Source: Gracilinema caldarium DSM 7334
GTDB taxonomy: Bacteria > Spirochaetota > Spirochaetia > Treponematales > Breznakiellaceae
Reading direction: 5' to 3'
NCBI RefSeq assembly: GCF_000219725.1
Contig: NC_015732.1
Location: forward strand, 2,484,972 to 2,548,971
DNA: 64,000 bases
Part shown: piece by piece, positions 9,040-18,316 of the stretch
Layout of the letters: the number at the start of each line of letters is the position of its first letter
Position numbering within the stretch: the first letter of the stretch is position 1
The notes under the pieces: generated by a model
Told to the model about the DNA's origin: nothing
Seen by the model: only the letters and a program-made list of their open reading frames with translations
Databases searched by the model: none
Translations under genes and position numbers: made by a program

Positions 9040-11229
9040 TTATTCAGCTCTAAACCTGAAAATAATGCTTTGATTTTCCTGTAAAGGATAGGGTAATAAT
9101 AACCCCACCTGCATTAATTCTTCTCCCCAAAATACTTTCCCATCGCCTAACAGTCTGTATTTATAGTTTGATTGTAATCCCTTCAATCGCACTATTCTGA
9201 AAACATCATTTGCTTCAGTTCGTAATAATACAAAGGTTACCAATACTTCTCGTTTATCCTTTGATACGTAGCTCCATGAAGTGTACACTAAAGGGAACTC
9301 TTCATTATCTAATCGATATAGATCACCAAATTGTACAAGAGGGCGTATCTCTTTATAAAATGATACCTGTTCTTTAATTTCTGTTTTATCTGCTTCAGTT
9401 AGTCTTGTTAAATCTAATTCATAACCAAAATTGCCTGCCATTGCTACCGCACCACGCAACGATAAGGGGACAACTCTTCCGGTCTGATGATTTGGTACAG
9501 TGGAGACATGGGCTCCCATAGTAATTGCGGGATATGGGATAGTTGTACCCTTTTGGATATAAATCCTAGAAATTGCATCTGTATTATCACTGGTCCATGT
9601 CTGAGGCATATAATACAACATGCCCGGATCAAACCGTCCGCCACCTCCAGAACAACTTTCAAAAAGAATATCTGGAAATGAAGAGGTAATCCGTTCTAAT
9701 ATTTCATAGAGGCCAAGAACATAACGATGAGAGATTTCACCTTGTTGAGAGGAAGAAAACGCAGATGAACCGATCTCAGTTAAATGTCTATTCATATCCC
9801 ATTTAACATACGATATTGGAGCACTGCTTAAAACCATCGTGATTGTTTCAATTATATACTCTCTTACTTCGCGACGTGTCAAATCGAGCACTAACTGGTT
9901 CCGTCCTTCGGAACGTGAACGATTGGGAACATGCAGACACCAATCTGGATGCGTTTTATATAATCTACTTTCAACAGATACCATCTCTGGCTCTACCCAA
10001 ATACCAAATTTCATGCCAAGCTTGTTGATCTCTTCAGCTAAAGTTTTTAACCCGCCTGGTAATTTGTGTTTATCAGGAAACCAATCACCAAGAGAGCGTT
10101 TATCATCTTTTCTGTTGTCAAACCAGCCATCATCGAGAACAAATAATTCTATTCCGAGAGGGGCTGCCTCTTTTGCAAGAGAGACTAATTTATCTTCGTT
10201 AAAATCGAAGTAGGTACCTTCCCAATTATTAATGAGTATCGGACGAACCGTATCACGGTATTTTCCCCGGCACAAACGTTTCCGATATAAATCATGAAAT
10301 GTCCGGGACATGTCTCCCAAACCGTTTCTACTATAAACCATTACAACTTCTGGTGTCTGGAATTGTTCCCCCGGATTTAAAACCCAATTAAAATTCAGCG
10401 GGTTAATTCCCATCATAACTCGTATCATTTCAAATTGATCTACTTCTACCTGAGCAAGGAAATTGCCTGAATAAACCAGATTAAAACCAAAAACTTCACC
10501 GTGGTCTTCATCAGCATCAGGAGAAAGAATAGCAATAAATGGGTTCTGTTGATGACTACTGGTTCCTCGACGACTTTCTATGGATTGCATTCCTGGAACC
10601 AGAGATCGGGTATATATATGACGTTCACGGCAGTGGGCCCCTGATAGCTGTAAGAGCTTATACTTTTTATTGGGAAAATCAAGACTAAAACTCATTGTTT
10701 GTAATAAGGAGATGCAATTTTCTGAATCATTTATAAATCTGACATTTCTTGTAATGACATCAAATTCATTCCAAACTGTATATGAAAGAATACAACGCAA
10801 TCTTCCTACTGGATCAAATAGAATAATTTCCAGCGTGTCTGCTTCTTGATTATTTTCTATATATGTACCAGGCAATTTATCTAAACCTGGTTTCCCTTTT
10901 ATAATACGATATTCTTTATACCATAAGTCAGCAACTCTGCTGCCATCTTGATACTGAATTGTATAGGCTGGCGAGCGAAAATCTGTTCTTCCATATCCAG
11001 GATATTCTTGTGGTAATGTATCTAAAGAAAAAGTCCTGTCATCCGGTTCAGGATTAGGAGAAAACGAGCGATCTATAAACTGTAATGAATACGACCCATT
11101 CCATTCTTGCAAGATACTATACCAACCAAGATGCGCAACATATTTTCCACGAACAATCTGAATAATATAACTTGAATGTATGGTTTTTAGATGAAACACG
11201 TTATGCTCAGGCGAATAGGTAATACTCAT
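9040..11229 (-). CDS. alpha-galactosidase, glycoside hydrolase family 36 (melibiase/raffinose type)
   Basis: 729-aa product with GH36 hallmarks (FVLDDGWF, KFGIWVEPEMV, CSGGGGRFD). The likely start is the ATG for MSITY at 11229, preceded by an AAGAGGA RBS. Confidence 0.85.
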   Translation of the reverse strand: MSITYSPEHNVFHLKTIHSSYIIQIVRGKYVAHLGWYSILQEWNGSYSLQFIDRSFSPNPEPDDRTFSLDTLPQEYPGYGRTDFRSPAYTIQYQDGSRVADLWYKEYRIIKGKPGLDKLPGTYIENNQEADTLEIILFDPVGRLRCILSYTVWNEFDVITRNVRFINDSENCISLLQTMSFSLDFPNKKYKLLQLSGAHCRERHIYTRSLVPGMQSIESRRGTSSHQQNPFIAILSPDADEDHGEVFGFNLVYSGNFLAQVEVDQFEMIRVMMGINPLNFNWVLNPGEQFQTPEVVMVYSRNGLGDMSRTFHDLYRKRLCRGKYRDTVRPILINNWEGTYFDFNEDKLVSLAKEAAPLGIELFVLDDGWFDNRKDDKRSLGDWFPDKHKLPGGLKTLAEEINKLGMKFGIWVEPEMVSVESRLYKTHPDWCLHVPNRSRSEGRNQLVLDLTRREVREYIIETITMVLSSAPISYVKWDMNRHLTEIGSSAFSSSQQGEISHRYVLGLYEILERITSSFPDILFESCSGGGGRFDPGMLYYMPQTWTSDNTDAISRIYIQKGTTIPYPAITMGAHVSTVPNHQTGRVVPLSLRGAVAMAGNFGYELDLTRLTEADKTEIKEQVSFYKEIRPLVQFGDLYRLDNEEFPLVYTSWSYVSKDKREVLVTFVLLRTEANDVFRIVRLKGLQSNYKYRLLGDGKVFWGEELMQVGLLLPYPLQENQSIIFRFRAE

Positions 11230-11246
11230 ATTTATTCCTCTTATTG

Positions 11247-11300
11247 CGTTTTTATAAAAATACACGTACTCCTTAAATGTAAAGAGAAGTACGTGTATTT
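11247..11300. terminator. inverted repeat between the SBP gene and the alpha-galactosidase gene (internal terminator or processing hairpin)
   Basis: AAAATACACGTACT ... AGTACGTGTATTT form a 13-bp stem around a 16-nt loop. On the minus strand it is followed by TTTTATAAAA. Confidence 0.45.
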
Positions 11301-11312
11301 GTTTCTGATTAT

Positions 11313-12665
11313 TTATTTAAACAGATCAAGAATTTTTTTATTCGCGTCCTTAAGTCCAGCTTCAGGAGTCACCTTTCCGATAAAAATTGCATCGAAGGTC
11401 TGAGTCATTATTTCACTGATTTTTACTCCATTTTCAACGACTGGATATACAAAGGTACCATTTTTCTCATTAGCTTCATCTGTAAAGGCGGTTACATTGA
11501 TGTTTTTAGAAGTATATGCTTTTAATGCTTCATCAACACCAGCTTTGATTGCGGGGAATACAACTCCATAACTACCAACAATCTTCTGAGCCTCTTCTGA
11601 AGCGAGATATTTGACCCATTGCCAGGCTTCTTCTGGATGTTTTGTACCTACCCAAATAGAATCCGCAAGACCATTTATCATACTGCGTCGACCAACTGGC
11701 CCTACGGGAAGTTTGGCAAAACCAACCTTAAAGGGAGAACTGCTGGTATAATAGCCAATCATCCAGGAGCCATCGAATACTGTTGCAGCTTTTTTTGACG
11801 TAAAAAGTGAATTTGCTCCGTTTACAGTATCTTCATAGGAAGCCATATAGCCCTTTTTAGTGACCCTTACCATCCATTCAATTGTTTTAATAAAACGCGG
11901 ATCATCAAAATGGAAATTCGCATTGTACAGTCCATCCGTATACATCCATCCAGTACTAACGGCCAGAGGACTAAATTGTGCTTGCCCTCTGTCATCACTA
12001 TGATTTAATGCTATTCCATACTGAACTACATTATTTGCATCAAAACTGGGATCTAGACCATTTTTACCATTTTTATCGATAGAAAGTTTTGCGATAAATT
12101 TTTCAAAAGTTCCACCATCATTTGGATTCCAGGTTAATTCATTTGCTTCCTTTTCAGAAATTCCTGCAGCCTTTAGCATTTCCGCATTATAAACGATCGC
12201 AATAGTATCCCAATCTTTCGGAAGCCCATATCGCTTACCATCTTTTGTTGCCCAGAGTCCGGCTAAACCATTCATGTATATCGAAGTATCTACATTATCC
12301 CGCTTAACAAGAGGAGTAATGTCTACCAATTGTTTTTTTGAAGAAAAGTCCGGGTATTTTGCCAGGTGGTTCGTAAATACATCTGGAGCAGTACCGCTGA
12401 CCATATCGGTCTGCAGTGCAGTCCAATAATCCCCCCACCCTAATTGTTCAATTTTAATTTGAATGTTGGGATTTTTTGCCATAAAGCTTTCCGCAACTTT
12501 CTGATATGCGGGTAACTGATTCGCATCCCAGAGTACATATCGTATGGTAACTTTCCCACTACTTTTACTGGTACTCTGTTTTGCATCCTCACTGGTGCCT
12601 GAAGCAAACACCATACTGGATATGGCAATTGCCATAACCATTAAAACCAAGCTTCTCTTTTTCAT
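11313..12665 (-). CDS. extracellular solute-binding protein family 1 (CUT1 sugar ABC transporter SBP)
   Basis: Signal or lipoprotein-like N-terminus MKKRSLVLMVMAIAISSMVFASG. A GGAGGA RBS lies before the ATG at 12665. The fold matches MalE/MsmE-type oligosaccharide binders. Confidence 0.8.
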   Translation of the reverse strand: MKKRSLVLMVMAIAISSMVFASGTSEDAKQSTSKSSGKVTIRYVLWDANQLPAYQKVAESFMAKNPNIQIKIEQLGWGDYWTALQTDMVSGTAPDVFTNHLAKYPDFSSKKQLVDITPLVKRDNVDTSIYMNGLAGLWATKDGKRYGLPKDWDTIAIVYNAEMLKAAGISEKEANELTWNPNDGGTFEKFIAKLSIDKNGKNGLDPSFDANNVVQYGIALNHSDDRGQAQFSPLAVSTGWMYTDGLYNANFHFDDPRFIKTIEWMVRVTKKGYMASYEDTVNGANSLFTSKKAATVFDGSWMIGYYTSSSPFKVGFAKLPVGPVGRRSMINGLADSIWVGTKHPEEAWQWVKYLASEEAQKIVGSYGVVFPAIKAGVDEALKAYTSKNINVTAFTDEANEKNGTFVYPVVENGVKISEIMTQTFDAIFIGKVTPEAGLKDANKKILDLFK

Positions 12666-12721
12666 AAGCTTCTCCTCCAAAACCATATGTTATTCCAAGG
12701 GCCAGGCCCGGAATTTTCGAT

Positions 12722-13624
12722 TTAGCGGAACCCCGAAAAACCAATCGAATCTACTATTTTTCTTCCAAAAAGAATGAAAATACCGAAGGTAGGTATCATA
12801 GCCAGAGTAGTCCCTGCCATCATACCGCTCCAATCAGGCTGTCCTTGCGGTGTTTGCAACCGGAAAATTGCAAGCGCAACGGTAAGGGTTCGTATACTTT
12901 CTTTTTTACCCACAATTAGTGGCCACATATAATCATTCCATGCAGTGATAAAGGTGATTACCGCTAAAGTTGTCAGTGCAGTAGTACTAATCGGAAGAAT
13001 TACCTCAATAAATGTTTTCAAGTATCCAGCCCCATCAAGGTAGGCAGCTTCTTCCAATTCCTTGTTAATACGCAAAAAGAATTGTCTCAGAAAGAAAACG
13101 GCAAAAGGGGTCATCAGCAATGTTGGTGCCATAATCCCCCAATAAGAATTTAATAAGCCTAATTGCTTTACAAGGATAAAATTGGGAAGCATAGTGACAA
13201 TCCCTGGTATCATCAAAGTAGAGACATAGAGACTAAACAAATTATCACGAAATCTGAAATGCAGGCGGGCAAACGCATAGGCTGCCATAGAAGAAAATAA
13301 AACTTGAAAAAAGGTAACCCCTATTGAAACCAGAAATGAGTTATAAATATTTAAGAAGAAATTTACCTTCTGGCCGGAACCACCCATTTTTATTGCTGTT
13401 TCAGAATCAATTAATCCCAAAACGCGGGCATAATTTAACAAAGTAGCATGAGGTGGCCATAGTGCGGTAGGATTTGCAAAAACAGATTGTTGTGGTGCTA
13501 CGGATGTTCGAAAAACCCAATAAAATGGAAAAAGGGTTAAAAATAGAAATAAAACTACTATTATAAATACTGCCATTTTATATAACATGTTCGTTCTTTG
13601 GTTGATTGATAAGGAGTTCTTCAT
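12722..13624 (-). CDS. sugar ABC transporter permease (MalG/MsmG-like)
   Basis: Has the EAA-loop motif (EAAYLDGAGYLKTFIEVILP) and six predicted TM segments. Confidence 0.8.
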   Translation of the reverse strand: MKNSLSINQRTNMLYKMAVFIIVVLFLFLTLFPFYWVFRTSVAPQQSVFANPTALWPPHATLLNYARVLGLIDSETAIKMGGSGQKVNFFLNIYNSFLVSIGVTFFQVLFSSMAAYAFARLHFRFRDNLFSLYVSTLMIPGIVTMLPNFILVKQLGLLNSYWGIMAPTLLMTPFAVFFLRQFFLRINKELEEAAYLDGAGYLKTFIEVILPISTTALTTLAVITFITAWNDYMWPLIVGKKESIRTLTVALAIFRLQTPQGQPDWSGMMAGTTLAMIPTFGIFILFGRKIVDSIGFSGFR

Positions 13625-13636
13625 ATCTGTATTCCT

Positions 13637-14530
13637 TTAAAAGTCTGACTCATTTGCTCTGGACAATCGCATCTGCAAAAAGCTGATACCAATTAATATG
13701 AGGAAAAGGACCATCGAAACTGCAGTGGCATATCCCATACGATAACTTTCAAAACCATTTTTAAATATATACAAATAAATAACATACGTTGCGTTTACAG
13801 GCCCACCTTTTGTGGTAACCGCAATCGTATCGTATATTTGAAACGAACCAATAACAGAGGTAATGACAACAAAGGCAAGAACAGGTTTTAAGTAGGGGAT
13901 GAGAATTGTAAAAAATCGTTTCCAGGGGCCAGCACCATCAATTAATGCGGCTTCTTCGACTTCTTTAGGAAATCCTTGAATGCCTGCAAAAACAATTAAA
14001 GCCGTATATCCCATATGGCGCCAGATATTTATAGCTGCTACTGATGGTAACGATAGGGTATCAGAAAAAAGGAATGGAACAGATTTAAAACCGACAGCTT
14101 TAATTATTTCATTAATAATACCAATTGCGGGATCCATCATCCAGAGCCAAAGAAGGGCAACTACAACATTTGGTAACAACCATGGAATAAGAAACAAGCT
14201 TCTTACCAACACGGAAGAAGTAGATCGTTCCATAATCATGGCAAGCAGTAATGCTAAAACAGTTTGTATTGGTATATTCCAGAGGACATACTGAAACGTG
14301 ATAAAGAGAGAATGCCAGAAATCTGGATCAGTAATCAGTGCCTTATAATTTTTAAAACCAATAAATTCAGCCTTACTTAATAAATCCCAGTTTGTAAAAC
14401 TTAACCAAAAACCACGTAACGTAGGTACTAGGAAAAACATGCTGAATCCAATCAAGCTCGGGAAAATGAAGAAAAGGGCTATTATATGCTCTCTTGTGGT
14501 ATGTGATGAAACATTCTTTATGCCTTTCAT
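13637..14530 (-). CDS. sugar ABC transporter permease (MalF/MsmF-like)
   Basis: Has the EAA motif (EEAALIDGAGPWKRFFTILIPYLKP). An AGGAGG RBS lies 9 nt before the ATG at 14530. Confidence 0.8.
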   Translation of the reverse strand: MKGIKNVSSHTTREHIIALFFIFPSLIGFSMFFLVPTLRGFWLSFTNWDLLSKAEFIGFKNYKALITDPDFWHSLFITFQYVLWNIPIQTVLALLLAMIMERSTSSVLVRSLFLIPWLLPNVVVALLWLWMMDPAIGIINEIIKAVGFKSVPFLFSDTLSLPSVAAINIWRHMGYTALIVFAGIQGFPKEVEEAALIDGAGPWKRFFTILIPYLKPVLAFVVITSVIGSFQIYDTIAVTTKGGPVNATYVIYLYIFKNGFESYRMGYATAVSMVLFLILIGISFLQMRLSRANESDF

Positions 14531-14698
14531 CCTTTCACACCTCCTATTCAAAACTATACTACGATTTGTAAAATCTGTAAAGTTATAATGTAAATATTTT
14601 CTAATTATCTGAAATTTATTTCTATTATTTTAATTAATTCTCCATAATCATATATTTACAAGACCTTCACTTTAGATATAATTGGTTCAGAGAAAATT

Positions 14699-15703
14699 AT
14701 GACTATACAAGAAATAGCACTGGAAGCAGGTGTATCAACTGCAACTGTATCCCGAGTAATTAATAATCAGCCGGTAAGCAAAGAAAAGCGGGAATTGGTT
14801 GAGGGAGCGATTCGTCGCTTAAATTATTTGCCCGATGATCTGACTCGTAGACATTTGGGAACCCCCTACAAAGCTGTAGCTGTCCTAACCCATAGCATGA
14901 CTAATCCATATAGCATGGAGTTTGTTGAAACAATTATAGATAGATATGAAGAATTGGGGATAAATGTATATGTAAGCAGGAATGAAACTGCTGACATTGA
15001 GTATCGCTGCCTTGCGGATCTGCTTGCCCGGGGTGTTGAAGGCATTATTCTCCACGATCCACCTTTTAAAAACTACGAGACCGGCCTATTTACAAAGATT
15101 TCTGAACGATTACCCCTTGTTATTGTACATTCTTTTAATCAAGTTTTGGAAATGAATGAAGTTGTTGTGGACCAATACTACGGTATGAAAAAAGTAATGT
15201 CCCACCTCATCGGGCTTGGACACCGGGATATTCTGTTTCTCAGAAATAAAATTGGTTATTCATTAGATTTAAAAGAAAAAGTATGGAGAGAGGAACTTAC
15301 CCTGGCCGGGACGCCTCCAAAGGATAATTATGTATTAGTAATTCCTGATGCTGACAAAGAAGCAGGAATAAAAGAAACTGAAGATATTGTACGAGAGTTC
15401 TTTGTCTCGAATAAAAGGCCCACAGCAATATTTGCAGCCAATGATATGATGGGGGTAGGGGCACTTAATGTGATTAAAGAGCTTGGACTGAGAGTCCCGG
15501 AGGATATTTCTGTTATCAGTCATGACAATACAATGCTTGCCGCTAGTTATCATTTAAGCTCTGTGGACCTTAAAATTAAAAGTGTCGCCCATGCGGTCGT
15601 CGATTTAATGCAGTATGTTGTCAATGGCCACGATAAAGAGCCACGGAGAATCATGATCACCCCGGAGCTTATCCTCCGTGGTTCCACAGCGAAAATTGGA
15701 TAG
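14699..15703 (+). CDS. LacI family transcriptional regulator
   Basis: N-terminal HTH (MTIQEIALEAGVSTATVSRVINN) plus a periplasmic-binding-like effector domain. It is transcribed divergently from the ABC/alpha-galactosidase operon. Confidence 0.85.
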   Translation: MTIQEIALEAGVSTATVSRVINNQPVSKEKRELVEGAIRRLNYLPDDLTRRHLGTPYKAVAVLTHSMTNPYSMEFVETIIDRYEELGINVYVSRNETADIEYRCLADLLARGVEGIILHDPPFKNYETGLFTKISERLPLVIVHSFNQVLEMNEVVVDQYYGMKKVMSHLIGLGHRDILFLRNKIGYSLDLKEKVWREELTLAGTPPKDNYVLVIPDADKEAGIKETEDIVREFFVSNKRPTAIFAANDMMGVGALNVIKELGLRVPEDISVISHDNTMLAASYHLSSVDLKIKSVAHAVVDLMQYVVNGHDKEPRRIMITPELILRGSTAKIG

Positions 15704-15717
15704 TATATGTATTAGCT

Positions 15718-16752
15718 TTACACCGCGACCTTGATCGCTTCGCTCCTGCTGGCGGTGGCGGTAACGGGGACGTCATAAGCGGCCAAAATGGCATTCAGCC
15801 GGTTGATGAGCTCCTGCCGGGAATCCTTGAACCGGAACCCAACGGGAATAACCGCGGGCCGCCGCAGCTGTTCGAGGGAGGCGAGAAAGCGCGGTAAAAC
15901 TTTTCCGAGTTCCCGCACATCGTACACCATGAGGCCCCGGCCGCTTTGCTGGAGCATCCGGGCATTCAGTTCCTGTTCAGCCTGGCCTCGCTGGGGAATA
16001 GCCAGCACCGGTTTACCAAGAACCAGGGCTTCCGACAGGGTCTGGTGCCCCCCGTTGGTGATCACTGCGGTACAGTTCCGCAGGCCCTCATCAAAATCCG
16101 CCCCCGGTGCTGGATAAAGCCGGTAGGTTAAACCGGGAATCGCGTCCAGGAGGGGGAGAATGTCCTTGCGGCTTTCTATTTTTAGGTTTACCGCGAGGAA
16201 AGCCTCATTCCGAACCGGTTTGGCAAGCAAGGCCTTGCGCAGTACAGGCCCGATATCGCCTCCGAAAAATGACACATGGAGCCGCCAATCCCAGGGGCCT
16301 TCCATCATAAACGCTACCAGGGCGGCCACCCAGGTTCGGGGGTCCAGAGTAAGATACCGGCGGATGATGCCGGGATGATTCATCTGAATGACTGGTATGC
16401 CCACGAGCCGGGCAGCCCAGGGCAGATAGGGATCGAAATCGGAGAGCACCGCCTGAATCCGGTCCTTTACCAACTGACGGGAGAGCCGCTTTATGGCAGG
16501 AAAAAAATGCAGGGCCTGTCTCAGGCTATAAAAAACAGTACGAATATACTCTACACGGTTTTTATTTTTTATAAAGGTAAAACAGGGTATACTGCGCACT
16601 GCCGCCCGGGGTAAGCGGGATGCAACAAAGGCCGACACTGTTTCAGGTATATACAACAGTACCTCATGATACTGCTTAAGGTCATCATACAGGGCGACCA
16701 TCCGGCCCGCATGTCCGAATCCTTCCCCAGCACAGGAATAGGCTATACGCAT
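15718..16752 (-). CDS. glycosyltransferase, GT-B fold (MGT/GT1/GT28-like UDP-glycosyltransferase)
   Basis: The N-terminal GEGFGHAGR motif and C-terminal ITNGGHQTLSEALVLGKPVLAIPQRGQAEQELNA resemble the GT1 donor-binding signature. Confidence 0.65.
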   Translation of the reverse strand: MRIAYSCAGEGFGHAGRMVALYDDLKQYHEVLLYIPETVSAFVASRLPRAAVRSIPCFTFIKNKNRVEYIRTVFYSLRQALHFFPAIKRLSRQLVKDRIQAVLSDFDPYLPWAARLVGIPVIQMNHPGIIRRYLTLDPRTWVAALVAFMMEGPWDWRLHVSFFGGDIGPVLRKALLAKPVRNEAFLAVNLKIESRKDILPLLDAIPGLTYRLYPAPGADFDEGLRNCTAVITNGGHQTLSEALVLGKPVLAIPQRGQAEQELNARMLQQSGRGLMVYDVRELGKVLPRFLASLEQLRRPAVIPVGFRFKDSRQELINRLNAILAAYDVPVTATASRSEAIKVAV

Positions 16753-16861
16753 AGGAGTACCTCCATGCTAAGGTTCGCCTATGGATGTTAAAAAAGGCCT
16801 AAAAAAGTATTAGAATTATATAAAAAGTTCCGCTCCTTGAGACTTCTGCCAGGAGGTTTCC

Positions 16862-18289
16862 ATGAAATATGCCTTTGAAAGAAAATCACCCTGGGTCTTT
16901 GAACTCCCCCGAAAGGGCCCCATGCAGGTGCCCCTGCGGCTCTATACCACCGAAGGGATGCTGAAACAGCTCGAAGAAGACCAATCCATAGACCAGTTGA
17001 TGAACGTCGCGAGTCTCCCCGGCATTTACCGGTATGCCCTGGGCATGCCCGACATGCACCAGGGCTTTGGCTTCCCCATCGGTGCGGTCGCCGCCTTTGA
17101 CATCGACTCGGGGATCATTTCCCCCGGCGGTGTGGGCTTTGATATTAACTGCGGGGTGCGGCTCCTGCGAACCGGTTTAAGCCGCCAGGCCATCGAAGAC
17201 CGTCTGGATGAACTGGGGAAAAGGCTCTTCGCCCTTGTGCCCAGCGGTGTGGGTTCAACGGGACACAGGGTCTTCAGCAAGGCTGAGATGAAAGGGCTCC
17301 TCAGCGAAGGTGCCCCCTGGATTATTTCAGCAGGTTTCGGTGTTCCTTCTGATCAGTCAGCCATGGAAAGCCAGGGGCACCTTGCGGCCGCCGATGCGGA
17401 ACTGGTGAGTGAAAAGGCTATTGAGCGGGGCCGGGATGAACTTGGCACCCTGGGGGCGGGGAACCATTTCCTCGAGGTCGATTACATCGAAACTATCTAC
17501 GATGCGGAATATGCCGCGGCCTTTGGGCTACGGGAACATGACATTGTGGTCTGGATACACACCGGCTCCCGGGGCTTAGGCCACCAGGTCGCCACGGATT
17601 TCATCAACCTGTTTAAGAAAAAGATGGACCAATACAAGATACCCCTGTACAACCACGAACTCGCGGCCCTACCCTTTAAAACCAGCGAAGGCCGCCAGTA
17701 TTTTGCTGCCATGTCCGCGGCGGCAAATTATGCCTGGGTGAACCGGCAGATCATTACCCACCAGGTCAGGACCGCCTTTGAGCAGGTCTATCCAGACCTC
17801 ATGGCGGGACAGAGCATCGACCTCATCTACGATGTGGCCCACAACATTGCCAAGGAGGAGGTCCACGACGGAAAAAAACTACTGGTCCATCGCAAGGGCG
17901 GCACCCGGGCATTCCCGGCGGGGCATCCTGAATTGGAGGGGCCCTTCGCCCAATATGGACAGCCGGTTCTCCTTCCGGGGGACATGAAGCGGGGCAGTTA
18001 CATTCTTGTAGGTACCGGGGCCAGTATGGATGAAACCTTCGGCAGTACCGCCCATGGGGCGGGCCGCCGCTTAAGCCGGAACGAGGCGGTGCGGCGCTAC
18101 CAGTTCGAGGACATCAGCGCGGATATGGCCCAGCATCACATTAGGCTCTTTGCGGCGGACAAAAAGGTTGCCCGGGAAGAGGCCCCCGATGCGTATAAAA
18201 ATGTGGATGAAGTAGTGGGCCCCATAGTCCATGCAGGCATTGCCCGCCCCGTTGCCCGTTCCCGGCCCCTCTTGGTAATTAAGGGGTGA
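16862..18289 (+). CDS. rtcB: RNA-splicing ligase RtcB
   Basis: Carries the conserved RtcB metal-binding core (PDMHQGFGFPIGAVAAFD, GVGFDINCGVRLLRT) and the HxG nucleotidylation region. An AGGAGG RBS precedes the start. Confidence 0.85.
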   Translation: MKYAFERKSPWVFELPRKGPMQVPLRLYTTEGMLKQLEEDQSIDQLMNVASLPGIYRYALGMPDMHQGFGFPIGAVAAFDIDSGIISPGGVGFDINCGVRLLRTGLSRQAIEDRLDELGKRLFALVPSGVGSTGHRVFSKAEMKGLLSEGAPWIISAGFGVPSDQSAMESQGHLAAADAELVSEKAIERGRDELGTLGAGNHFLEVDYIETIYDAEYAAAFGLREHDIVVWIHTGSRGLGHQVATDFINLFKKKMDQYKIPLYNHELAALPFKTSEGRQYFAAMSAAANYAWVNRQIITHQVRTAFEQVYPDLMAGQSIDLIYDVAHNIAKEEVHDGKKLLVHRKGGTRAFPAGHPELEGPFAQYGQPVLLPGDMKRGSYILVGTGASMDETFGSTAHGAGRRLSRNEAVRRYQFEDISADMAQHHIRLFAADKKVAREEAPDAYKNVDEVVGPIVHAGIARPVARSRPLLVIKG

Positions 18290-18316
18290 GCAGGGTCAGA
18301 GACCCCATGGTGACCA

